Shown here: positions 30,564 to 39,517 of the stretch, one piece after another
Numbering within the stretch: position 1 is the first letter of the stretch
How the letters are laid out: every line of letters starts with the position of its first letter
Source of the DNA: Escherichia coli
Lineage (GTDB): Bacteria; Pseudomonadota; Gammaproteobacteria; Enterobacterales; Enterobacteriaceae
DNA: 64,000 nt
Reading direction: 5' to 3' (one strand)
Assembly: GCF_024502345.1 (NCBI RefSeq)
Contig: NZ_JALDNN010000001.1
The notes under the pieces: model-generated
Databases searched by the model: none
What the model saw: only the letters and a program-made list of their open reading frames with translations
Told to the model about the DNA's origin: nothing
Position numbers and translations under genes: made by a program

Positions 30564-31139
30564 GTGGTTATCTACGCTTTTAACAAACGATTGATGGAAT
30601 ATTTTATGAAAGGGAAATCTGCATTAACTCTTCTGCTCGCTGGTATATTTTCGTGCGGCACATGCCAGGCGACAGGGGCAGAAGTGACGAGTGAATCTGT
30701 ATTTAACATTCTTAATTCCACGGGGCAGCAACAGATAAAAGTTATTTATCGTTAAATCCAGATAAGTACCCTAATTATCGTCTTCTGATTCACTCAGCCA
30801 AATTAAAAAATGAAATAAAGAGCCACTATACCAAAGACGAAATTCAAGGGTTGTTAACATTAACAGAAAACACACGAAAGTTAACGTTGACGGAGAAACC
30901 CTGGGGAACATTTATTCTTGCTTCTACTTTCGAAGATGACAAAACAGCGGCAGAAACCCACTATGATGGTGTCTGGCTGAGGGATAGTTTATGGGGCTAT
31001 ATGGCATTAGTATCAGATCAGGGAAATAGTGTAGCCGCAAAAAAGGTTCTGCTCACCCTGTGGGATTATATGTCTACGCCCGACCAGATTAAGCGGATGC
31101 AGGACGTCATTAGCAACCCCAAACGACTGGATGGAGTTC
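30564..31139 (+). pseudogene. frameshifted, 3'-truncated island gene remnant (signal-peptide protein, possibly ygeP/ygeQ-like), cut by the IS3 end
   Basis: two ORFs in different frames (30564..30755 with a signal peptide; 30851..31156) in AT-rich DNA next to glyU; the second ORF runs into the IS3 terminal repeat at 31140. Confidence 0.4.
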
Positions 31140-31169
31140 TGATCCTACCCACGTAATATGGACACAGGC

Positions 31170-32036
31170 CTAAGCGAGGTTCTGGTTTTCAAATTGTTCC
31201 GGACTGAGGCCGCCACACCAACTGTGCCGCCGCCACCGATTGTAATCACATTCGATATAATTAAACACCGTTGCCCGCATTATTTCCCGGCTGATAAAGT
31301 GTTCTCCATGGATACATTCCACTTTCAGCGAATGAAAGAAGCTTTCCACGCAGGCATTATCGTAGCAGCAACCTTTTGCGCTCATACTTCCACGCAGATT
31401 ATGCCGCTTCAGTTGCGCCTGATAATCTGCTGAACAGTACTGGCCTCCACGGTCCGTGTGAACGATAACGTTCCGGGGCCTCTTACGCCGCCACAGCGCC
31501 ATCTGCAGGGCATCGCAGGCCAGTTGCGCCGTCATGCGTGGCGACATTGACCAGCCAATAACGGCACGTGACCACAGGTCAATGACCACTGCCAGATACA
31601 GCCAGCCTTCATCTGTACGTAAGTACGTGATGTCTCCTGCCCACTTCTGGTTCGGGCCACTGGCGTAAAAATCCTGCTCCAACAGATTTTCTGACACAGG
31701 CAGGCCGTGTGCGCGGTAGCTGACCGGGCTGAACTTCCGGGAGGCCTTTGCCCTCAGTCCCTGACGGCGCAGGCTTGCCGCCACGGTTTTTACGTTAAAG
31801 GGGTAACCCTGAGCACGCAGTTCATCCGTCAGGCGTGGGGCACCGTAACGCTGTTTTGACCGGGTAAAAGCCGCGAGGACAACGCTGTCGCAGTGTTGGC
31901 GGAACTGCTGACGCGTGCTTATCCTTGTCCGCCGCTGACACCACGTATACCAGCCGCTGCGGGCCACCCGGAGCACGCGGCACATTGCTTTGATGCTGAA
32001 CTCAGCCTGATGTTTTTCAATAAAGACATACTTCAT
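31170..32036 (-). CDS. insF: IS3 transposase OrfB (DDE integrase domain)
   Basis: 288 aa ORF matching IS3 InsF ([32 protein letters not shown]...). Confidence 0.9.
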   Translation of the reverse strand: MKYVFIEKHQAEFSIKAMCRVLRVARSGWYTWCQRRTRISTRQQFRQHCDSVVLAAFTRSKQRYGAPRLTDELRAQGYPFNVKTVAASLRRQGLRAKASRKFSPVSYRAHGLPVSENLLEQDFYASGPNQKWAGDITYLRTDEGWLYLAVVIDLWSRAVIGWSMSPRMTAQLACDALQMALWRRKRPRNVIVHTDRGGQYCSADYQAQLKRHNLRGSMSAKGCCYDNACVESFFHSLKVECIHGEHFISREIMRATVFNYIECDYNRWRRHSWCGGLSPEQFENQNLA

Positions 32037-32062
32037 TTCAGGCGCTTCGCGAAGTATGTCGC

Positions 32063-33283
32063 TGTAGATTCAATTGGTCAACGCAACAGTTATGTGAAAA
32101 CATGGGGTTGCGGAGGTTTTTTGAATGAGACGAACATTTACAGCAGAGGAAAAAGCCTCTGTTTTTGAACTATGGAAGAACGGAACAGGCTTCAGTGAAA
32201 TAGCGAATATCCTGGGTTCAAAACCCGGAACGATCTTCACTATGTTAAGGGATACTGGCGGCATAAAACCCCATGAGCGTAAGCGGGCTGTAGCTCACCT
32301 GACACTGTCTGAGCGCGAGGAGATACGAGCTGGTTTGTCAGCCAAAATGAGCATTCGTGCGATAGCTACTGCGCTGAATCGCAGTCCTTCGACGATCTCA
32401 CGTGAAGTTCAGCGTAATCGGGGCAGACGCTATTACAAAGCTGTTGATGCTAATAACCGAGCCAACAGAATGGCGAAAAGGCCAAAACCGTGCTTACTGG
32501 ATCAAAATTTACCATTGCGAAAGCTTGTTCTGGAAAAGCTGGAGATGAAATGGTCTCCAGAGCAAATATCAGGATGGTTAAGGCGAACAAAACCACGTCA
32601 AAAAACGCTGCGAATATCACCTGAGACAATTTATAAAACGCTGTACTTTCGTAGCCGTGAAGCGCTACACCACCTGAATATACAGCATCTGCGACGGTCG
32701 CATAGCCTTCGCCATGGCAGGCGTCATACCCGCAAAGGCGAAAGAGGTACGATTAACATAGTGAACGGAACACCAATTCACGAACGTTCCCGAAATATCG
32801 ATAACAGACGCTCTCTGGGGCATTGGGAGGGCGATTTAGTCTCAGGTACAAAAAACTCTCATATAGCCACACTTGTAGACCGAAAATCACGTTATACGAT
32901 CATCCTTAGACTCAGGGGCAAAGATTCTGTCTCAGTAAATCAGGCTCTTACCGACAAATTCCTGAGTTTACCGTCAGAACTCAGAAAATCACTGACATGG
33001 GACAGAGGAATGGAACTGGCCAGACATCTAGAATTTACTGTCAGCACCGGCGTTAAAGTTTACTTCTGCGATCCTCAGAGTCCTTGGCAGCGGGGAACAA
33101 ATGAGAACACAAATGGGCTAATTCGGCAGTACTTTCCTAAAAAGACATGTCTTGCCCAATATACTCAACATGAACTAGATCTGGTTGCTGCTCAGCTAAA
33201 CAACAGACCGAGAAAGACACTGAAGTTCAAAACACCGAAAGAGATAATTGAAAGGGGTGTTGCATTGACAGATTGAATCTACA
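32063..33283 (+). mobile_element. IS30 insertion sequence (1221 bp) with 2-bp GC target-site duplication
   Basis: terminal repeats TGTAGATTCAATTGGTCAACGC (32063) and its complement ending ...GATTGAATCTACA (33283); flanking GC at 32061..32062 and 33284..33285. Confidence 0.9.
32125..33276 (+). CDS. insI: IS30 transposase
   Basis: 383 aa ORF (MRRTFTAEEKASVFELWKNGTGFSEIANILG...), DDE transposase. Confidence 0.9.
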   Translation: MRRTFTAEEKASVFELWKNGTGFSEIANILGSKPGTIFTMLRDTGGIKPHERKRAVAHLTLSEREEIRAGLSAKMSIRAIATALNRSPSTISREVQRNRGRRYYKAVDANNRANRMAKRPKPCLLDQNLPLRKLVLEKLEMKWSPEQISGWLRRTKPRQKTLRISPETIYKTLYFRSREALHHLNIQHLRRSHSLRHGRRHTRKGERGTINIVNGTPIHERSRNIDNRRSLGHWEGDLVSGTKNSHIATLVDRKSRYTIILRLRGKDSVSVNQALTDKFLSLPSELRKSLTWDRGMELARHLEFTVSTGVKVYFCDPQSPWQRGTNENTNGLIRQYFPKKTCLAQYTQHELDLVAAQLNNRPRKTLKFKTPKEIIERGVALTD

Positions 33284-33555
33284 GCGGCCTTTTGGAGGAT
33301 AGCCAGCTCTTCATCCCGTTCTGCCAGCTGGCGTTTGAGACGTGCAATCTCGGTAGACATCTCCAGTTCACGTTCAGAAGACGTCTGCTGATTTTGCTGT
33401 TTACTGCGCCAGTTGTAGAGCTGTGATTCATACAGGCTGAGTTCACGGGCTGCGGCAGTAACACCGATGCGTTCAGCAAGCTTCAGGGCTTCACTGCGAA
33501 ATTCAGGCGAATGCTGTTTACGGGGTTTTTTACTGGTTGATACTGTTTTTGTCAT
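33284..33555 (-). pseudogene. insE: IS3 OrfA (InsE), 3'-disrupted by the IS30 insertion
   Basis: translation MTKTVSTSKKPRKQHSPEFRSEALKLAERIGV...AILQKAA, then reading continues into the IS30 end. Confidence 0.7.
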
Positions 33556-33620
33556 GTGAGTCACCTCTGACTGAGAGTTTACTCACTTAGCCGCGTGTCC
33601 ACTATTGCTGGGTAAGATCA

Positions 33621-34231
33621 TAGATGCTACGGATATCCATATCCAGAACTTCAGCAATCTGATATGGATTATAACCAGAAACCATATACCCCATTATGGT
33701 GAATTCCATCTGAGTTAATGTGTTACCTCTGGTAAATGATAAATAACGACCAATAAATAGTTGTCTGATCTTTTCATTGGCAACATCAAGACCATCATCA
33801 TTATATATGACAGCAGATATTGCTGAGTTGTGTTTTCGCCAGTAATTAGCTAACGATTGCATATTGCGGTCGCTGACTAAAACAATCCCCATGTCAGTAC
33901 TTGCAAGATAGTCAATCCAGTCTTTTTCAAGGAATAGACGTAAAAAACTTACTGAAAAATCGACAAAAATATATCCGCTTAATCTCGCATTGTGGTTTTT
34001 AGTTAAGATACCTTCTACCACACCACGATTAAAATATGAACTTTCTTCGGGCCACATACAAAAACACGAGTTTGCGCAGTACTGCAAACGCGGTGACTCT
34101 TCTGGCATTATTTGGCAATGCATTGAGCAACTATTGCATGTAAGACTTTTATAACGACTACAAAGCCCCATGTTAAGAACCTCCCTATCCGTATATAATT
34201 GCATAATTTCATTGGTGATTGATGATGTCAA
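33621..34231 (-). pseudogene. LuxR-type HTH regulator (yqeH-like), C-terminally truncated by the IS3 insertion
   Basis: ORF 33602..34231 has a GerE/LuxR-like HTH at its C-terminus (LTQMEFTIMGYMVSGYNPYQIAEVLDMDIRSI); its last 6 codons and stop are supplied by IS3 sequence. Confidence 0.5.
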
Positions 34232-34630
34232 TACACCATGATTTTGTAATTTTGCTGGGAAAAATTGCGATTAATCTGTATTTGCTATAATTCTGATTAA
34301 GACATTTTAAAATGCATTTCTCGTTATTAAATATGATTATGTTTCACTGATTTAATCTTACCTGGTTGAGGGTGGTTCAGATAACTATCTCATGGTATGA
34401 GAATATCTATATCGCAAATTGTTTTTGAATGACCAGAAGATATCTTGCGAATCTAAGTTATGCATCTTAAATGGTCTTATTTAAGATGTTCAGATCTCTT
34501 TGTGTGTTTAACTAACTGATAATACTAGGATATGATGAGAGAAGTGATAGGGCGGAATAATAACGAATGAACATTATGAAAACTGGAATGGTTCAAAATT
34601 GTAGCAATTTTGAACCATTCACAATGGATA

Positions 34631-34864
34631 TCAGCTAAAGAACATTACCGATACGCACAGGATACCCACGATCAGCGTAATCAGATTTCCGATGGAACGC
34701 CAGGGTTTAAGCGCCGGGATCAGATACGTTGACAACGTAGGCATGATGAAAAGTATCATGGCAATGAGCGGGCCGCTGATCGCGTAAATCATCGAAATCG
34801 CGTTCGGGTTAATGCAACAAACAATGAAGGTGATCAGCGATACCAACATAATTGATAGTGCGCG
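34631..34864 (-). pseudogene. 3' fragment of a membrane transporter gene (yqeG-like), 5' part replaced by the IS903-family element
   Basis: 78 codons of hydrophobic C-terminal sequence ending at a stop codon; the reading frame upstream runs straight into the IS terminal repeat. Confidence 0.5.
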
Positions 34865-35922
34865 GGGCTTTGTTGAATAAATCGAACTTTTGCTGAGTTG
34901 AAGGATCAGATCACGTATCTTCCCGACAACGCAGACCGTTCCGTGGCAAAGCAAAAGTTCAAAATCACCAACTGGCCCACCTACAATAAAGCCCTCATCA
35001 ACCGTGGCTCCATAACTTTCTGGCTGGATGATGAAGCTATTCAGGCCTGGTATGAGTCAGCAACACCTTCTTCACGAGGCAGACCTCAGCGCTATTCTGA
35101 CCTTGCCATCACGACTGTGCTGGTCATTAAACGCGTATTCAGGCTGACCCTGCGCGCTGCGCAGGGCTTTATTGATTCCATTTTTTCTCTGATGAACGTT
35201 CCGCTACGCTGCCCGGATTACAGCTGTGTCAGCAGGCGGGCAAAGTCGGTTAATGTCAGTTTCAAAACGCCCACCCGGGGTGAAATCGCACACCTGGTAA
35301 TTGATTCCACCGGGCTGAAGGTCTTCGGTGAAGGCGAGTGGAAAGTCAAAAAGCATGGCCAGGAACGCCGCCGTATCTGGCGTAAGCTGCATCTCGCCGT
35401 TGACAGTAAAACACATGAAATCATCTGCGCTGACCTGTCGCTGAACAACGTTACGGACTCAGAGGCCTTCCCCGGGTTAATCCGGCAAACCCACCGGAAA
35501 ATCAGGTCAGCCGCCGCCGATGGCGCTTACGATACCCGGCTATGTCACGATGAACTGCGGCGTAAGAAAATCAGCGCGCTTATCCCTCCCCGAAAAGGTG
35601 CGGGTTACTGGCCCGGTGAATATGCAGACCGTAACCGTGCAGTGGCTAATCAGCGAATGACCGGGAGTAATGCGCGGTGGAAATGGACAACAGATTACAA
35701 CCGTCGCTCGATAGCGGAAACGGCGATGTACCGGGTAAAACAGCTGTTCGGGGGTTCACTGACACTGCGTGACTACGATGGTCAGGTTGCAGAGGCTATG
35801 GCCCTGGTACGAGCGCTGAACAAAATGACGAAAGCAGGTATGCCTGAAAGCGTGCGTATTGCCTGAAAACACAACCCGCTACGGGGGAGACTTACCCGAA
35901 ATCTGATTTATTCAACAAAGCC
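34865..35922 (+). mobile_element. IS903-group (IS5 family) insertion sequence, 1058 bp, no target-site duplication
   Basis: 18-bp terminal inverted repeats GGCTTTGTTGAATAAATC at both ends (34865 and, as complement, ending 35922); flanking 9-mers differ (TAGTGGCGG vs CATTCTTCT). Confidence 0.9.
34898..35866 (+). CDS. IS903-family DDE transposase
   Basis: 322 aa ORF containing ...AADGAYDTRLCHDELRRKKISALIPPRKGAGYWPGEY...; the true start may be an internal Met. Confidence 0.85.
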   Translation: MKDQITYLPDNADRSVAKQKFKITNWPTYNKALINRGSITFWLDDEAIQAWYESATPSSRGRPQRYSDLAITTVLVIKRVFRLTLRAAQGFIDSIFSLMNVPLRCPDYSCVSRRAKSVNVSFKTPTRGEIAHLVIDSTGLKVFGEGEWKVKKHGQERRRIWRKLHLAVDSKTHEIICADLSLNNVTDSEAFPGLIRQTHRKIRSAAADGAYDTRLCHDELRRKKISALIPPRKGAGYWPGEYADRNRAVANQRMTGSNARWKWTTDYNRRSIAETAMYRVKQLFGGSLTLRDYDGQVAEAMALVRALNKMTKAGMPESVRIA

Positions 35923-35942
35923 CATTCTTCTTACTTTTATGA

Positions 35943-35966
35943 CCCTGCCGCATGGCAGGGTTTTTT
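35943..35966 (+). terminator. intrinsic terminator, presumably the remnant 3' end of the deleted upstream gene (kduD in the reference arrangement)
   Basis: stem CCCTGCCGCATGGCAGGG followed by TTTTTT, 20 bp after the IS right end. Confidence 0.5.
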
Positions 35967-36133
35967 ATATCTGTAGATCATCATAATCCATATCATGGTT
36001 ATGAAATAATCCATATCAATTATCAATTAATGAACTTTATGAATTTTATCTGCTGTAAAATTAGGTGATTAATAATAATATCAATAATTCAACTTAATTT
36101 GAAAATTGGAATATCCATCACATAACGACATGT

Positions 36134-36194
36134 CGTAGCAATTTAATCCATATTTATGCTGTTTCCGACCTGACACCTGTGTGAGTTGTTCACG
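36134..36194 (+). promoter_or_regulatory. araE promoter region with AraC-type and CRP-type binding sites
   Basis: TAGCAATTTAATCCATA resembles the araI1 half-site TAGCATTTTTATCCATA; TGTGAGTTGTTCACG matches the CRP consensus TGTGA-N6-TCACA; 40 to 100 bp upstream of araE. Confidence 0.45.
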
Positions 36195-36231
36195 TATTTT
36201 TTCACTATGTCTTACTCTCTGCTGGCAGGAA

Positions 36232-37653
36232 AAAATGGTTACTATCAATACGGAATCTGCTTTAACGCCACGTTCTTTGCGGGATACGCGGCGTATGAAT
36301 ATGTTTGTTTCGGTAGCTGCTGCGGTCGCAGGATTGTTATTTGGTCTTGATATCGGCGTAATCGCCGGAGCGTTGCCGTTCATTACCGATCACTTTGTGC
36401 TGACCAGTCGTTTGCAGGAATGGGTGGTTAGTAGCATGATGCTCGGTGCAGCAATTGGTGCGCTGTTTAATGGTTGGCTGTCGTTCCGCCTGGGGCGTAA
36501 ATACAGCCTGATGGCGGGGGCCATCCTGTTTGTACTCGGTTCTATAGGGTCCGCTTTTGCGACCAGCGTAGAGATGTTAATCGCCGCTCGTGTGGTGCTG
36601 GGCATTGCTGTCGGGATCGCGTCTTACACCGCTCCTCTGTATCTTTCTGAAATGGCAAGTGAAAACGTTCGCGGTAAGATGATCAGTATGTACCAGTTGA
36701 TGGTCACACTCGGCATCGTGCTGGCGTTTTTATCCGATACAGCGTTCAGTTATAGCGGTAACTGGCGCGCAATGTTGGGGGTTCTTGCTTTACCAGCAGT
36801 TCTGCTGATTATTCTGGTGGTCTTCCTGCCAAATAGCCCGCGCTGGCTGGCGGAAAAGGGGCGTCATATTGAGGCGGAAGAAGTATTGCGTATGCTGCGC
36901 GATACGTCGGAAAAAGCGCGAGAAGAACTCAACGAAATTCGTGAAAGCCTGAAGTTAAAACAGGGCGGTTGGGCACTGTTTAAGATCAACCGTAACGTCC
37001 GTCGTGCTGTGTTTCTCGGTATGTTGTTGCAGGCGATGCAGCAGTTTACCGGTATGAACATCATCATGTACTACGCGCCGCGTATCTTCAAAATGGCGGG
37101 CTTTACGACCACAGAACAACAGATGATTGCGACTCTGGTCGTAGGGCTGACCTTTATGTTCGCCACCTTTATTGCGGTGTTTACGGTAGATAAAGCAGGG
37201 CGTAAACCGGCTCTGAAAATTGGTTTCAGCGTGATGGCGTTAGGCACTCTGGTGCTGGGCTATTGCCTGATGCAGTTTGATAACGGTACGGCTTCCAGTG
37301 GCTTGTCCTGGCTCTCTGTTGGCATGACGATGATGTGTATTGCCGGTTATGCGATGAGCGCCGCGCCAGTGGTGTGGATCCTGTGCTCTGAAATTCAGCC
37401 GCTGAAATGCCGCGATTTCGGTATTACCTGTTCGACCACCACGAACTGGGTGTCGAATATGATTATCGGCGCGACCTTCCTGACGCTGCTCGACAGCATT
37501 GGCGCTGCCGGTACGTTCTGGCTCTACACTGCGCTGAACATTGCGTTTGTGGGCATCACTTTCTGGCTCATTCCGGAAACCAAAAATGTCACGCTGGAAC
37601 ATATCGAACGCAAACTGATGGCAGGCGAGAAGTTGAGAAATATCGGCATCTGA
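36232..37653 (+). CDS. araE: arabinose:H+ symporter (MFS sugar porter)
   Basis: 472 aa; [50 protein letters not shown]...; the ORF track's extended start 36181 is rejected. Confidence 0.9.
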   Translation, partial: KMVTINTESALTPRSLRDTRRMNMFVSVAAAVAGLLFGLDIGVIAGALPFITDHFVLTSRLQEWVVSSMMLGAAIGALFNGWLSFRLGRKYSLMAGAILFVLGSIGSAFATSVEMLIAARVVLGIAVGIASYTAPLYLSEMASENVRGKMISMYQLMVTLGIVLAFLSDTAFSYSGNWRAMLGVLALPAVLLIILVVFLPNSPRWLAEKGRHIEAEEVLRMLRDTSEKAREELNEIRESLKLKQGGWALFKINRNVRRAVFLGMLLQAMQQFTGMNIIMYYAPRIFKMAGFTTTEQQMIATLVVGLTFMFATFIAVFTVDKAGRKPALKIGFSVMALGTLVLGYCLMQFDNGTASSGLSWLSVGMTMMCIAGYAMSAAPVVWILCSEIQPLKCRDFGITCSTTTNWVSNMIIGATFLTLLDSIGAAGTFWLYTALNIAFVGITFWLIPETKNVTLEHIERKLMAGEKLRNIGI

Positions 37654-37659
37654 TTTCAC

Positions 37660-37691
37660 GGGCCGGATGTGCTGTACATCCGGCCCTTTTT
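37660..37691 (+). terminator. intrinsic terminator of araE
   Basis: GGGCCGGATGT-loop-ACATCCGGCCC followed by TTTTTT immediately after the araE stop. Confidence 0.6.
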
Positions 37692-37781
37692 TCGTTAATA
37701 GAGATCGGGCACTTGGCCGTTGAGGCGTTTGTCTCGTTCCTTATTCAGCCTTGTTGCGGTAACACACATCAGGAGAGAGGA

Positions 37782-38474
37782 ATGAAAACAATTGGTTTGC
37801 TGGGAGGAATGAGCTGGGAATCCACCATTCCTTACTATCGTTTGATAAATGAAGGCATTAAACAGCGGCTTGGTGGGCTTCACTCTGCGCAAGTGCTGCT
37901 ACATAGCGTCGATTTTCATGAAATAGAAGAGTGCCAGCGTCGCGGGGAATGGGATAAAACCGGGGACATTCTGGCTGAGGCGGCGCTTGGCTTACAGCGG
38001 GCGGGCGCAGAAGGTATTGTGTTATGTACCAATACGATGCATAAAGTGGCGGATGCCATTGAGTCACGTTGCACTCTGCCTTTCTTACACATTGCGGATG
38101 CCACCGGACGTGCAATTACCGGGGCCGGAATGACTCGTGTGGCGCTGCTGGGTACGCGTTACACCATGGAACAGGATTTTTATCGCGGGCGGCTGACGGA
38201 ACAATTTTCCATCAATTGTCTTATTCCTGAAGCGGATGAACGGGCGAAGATTAATCAGATTATTTTTGAAGAACTGTGTCTGGGGCAATTCACCGAAGCG
38301 TCACGCACTTATTATGCGCAAGTGATTGCTCGCCTGGCAGAACAGGGGGCGCAGGGTGTCATTTTTGGCTGCACAGAGATTGGTTTACTGGTGCCAGAAG
38401 AGCGCAGTGTTCTGCCTGTGTTTGATACTGCGGCGATCCATGCCGAGGATGCTGTCGCTTTTATGCTGTCGTAG
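37782..38474 (+). CDS. ygeA: Asp/Glu/hydantoin racemase-family protein
   Basis: 230 aa from the ATG at 37782 ([23 protein letters not shown]...), preceded by a GGAGAGAGG ribosome-binding site; the longer ORF from 37407 is a frame run-through. Confidence 0.85.
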   Translation: MKTIGLLGGMSWESTIPYYRLINEGIKQRLGGLHSAQVLLHSVDFHEIEECQRRGEWDKTGDILAEAALGLQRAGAEGIVLCTNTMHKVADAIESRCTLPFLHIADATGRAITGAGMTRVALLGTRYTMEQDFYRGRLTEQFSINCLIPEADERAKINQIIFEELCLGQFTEASRTYYAQVIARLAEQGAQGVIFGCTEIGLLVPEERSVLPVFDTAAIHAEDAVAFMLS

Positions 38475-39396
38475 CTGACGACAGAATAGCGTCAAGAGAA
38501 GTGACCAGTTTCGGTAATCCCGCTTGTAAATGCTCACTAAACGCCTGCACCAGCGCTGATGACGGGCGATGCAGAGGGCGGATCAGGCTGACGGTAAACG
38601 GAACCGCAATACTGAACCGCCGCACCACTAAACCGCTTGCCGCATAATCCAGTGCGGTGAGCGGGTTAACCACCGAAACACCTACCCCCGTCCGTACCAT
38701 TGCGCACACTGACGCGGCGCTGTGGGTTTCTACGATCATGCGTCGTTTAACCTGATGTTCAGTAAATAGCTGATCCAGCAACTGGCGATAGCTGTCAGTA
38801 CGGGAAAGGCTGATGTAGTTCTCACCCTGAAAATCATCCGGCGTTAATACCTTTTTTACCGCCAGCGGATGACCCGGAGGTAACACACACACTTCATCTA
38901 AAGAGAGTAATTCAGTACGTTCTGTTCCCGCAGGCGTATGGAGTGTCTCAGTGAGTCCTAAATCATGACGCTGTGCCGAGAGCCACTCTTCAAGTAGCGG
39001 TGATTCCTGGGGCACAATATTTAAGCTGACATCGGGATAACGTGCCAGAAAGGGTTGCAGGAGCTGCGGTAAAAAAGATTGCGAAAAGACCGGCAGGCAG
39101 GCAATAGACAGTTCTCCCTGGCGAAACTCGCGCAGACTTTCTGCGGCGCTGACAATGCGATCCAGTCCGTACCAGGATCGTTGCACTTCTTCAAACAGAC
39201 GCAGTCCTTGCACGGTAGGATGTAATCGTCCACGTACGCGCTCAAACAATTTCAGCCCGATCACCTTCTCAAAGCGCGCCAGTTCGCGGCTGACGGTTGG
39301 CTGTGAGGTGTGTAGCAGGTGTGCTGCCTCAGTCAGGCTTCCGGCGGTCATTACCGCATGAAAAATTTCAATATGACGTAAGTTAACGGCGGCCAT
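38461..39396 (-). CDS. lysR: LysR-family transcriptional activator of lysA
   Basis: 311 aa; N-terminal HTH ([43 protein letters not shown]); divergent from lysA. Confidence 0.9.
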   Translation of the reverse strand: MAAVNLRHIEIFHAVMTAGSLTEAAHLLHTSQPTVSRELARFEKVIGLKLFERVRGRLHPTVQGLRLFEEVQRSWYGLDRIVSAAESLREFRQGELSIACLPVFSQSFLPQLLQPFLARYPDVSLNIVPQESPLLEEWLSAQRHDLGLTETLHTPAGTERTELLSLDEVCVLPPGHPLAVKKVLTPDDFQGENYISLSRTDSYRQLLDQLFTEHQVKRRMIVETHSAASVCAMVRTGVGVSVVNPLTALDYAASGLVVRRFSIAVPFTVSLIRPLHRPSSALVQAFSEHLQAGLPKLVTSLDAILSSATTA

Positions 39397-39517
39397 TAGC
39401 GCTCTCTCGCAATCCGGTAATCCATATCATTTTTGCATAGACTCGACATAAATCGATATTTTTTATTCTTTTTATGATGTGGCGTAATCATAAAAAAGCA
39501 CTCATCTGGAGTTTGTT

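Larger units (their letters stand above)
31140..33620 (-). mobile_element. IS3 element interrupted by an IS30 insertion (composite length 2481 bp = 1258 + 1221 + 2)
   Basis: both IS3 terminal inverted repeats present (TGATCCTACCCACGTAATATGGACACAGG at 31140; reverse complement of TGATCTTACCCAGCAATAGTGGACACGCGG ending at 33620); internal orfA and orfB. Confidence 0.9.

Noticed and set aside
37407-38474. 355-aa ORF overlapping the 3' end of araE
   Set aside because: This is a run-through reading frame upstream of the real ygeA start (ATG 37782 with a good ribosome-binding site); the upstream part overlaps araE and the araE terminator.
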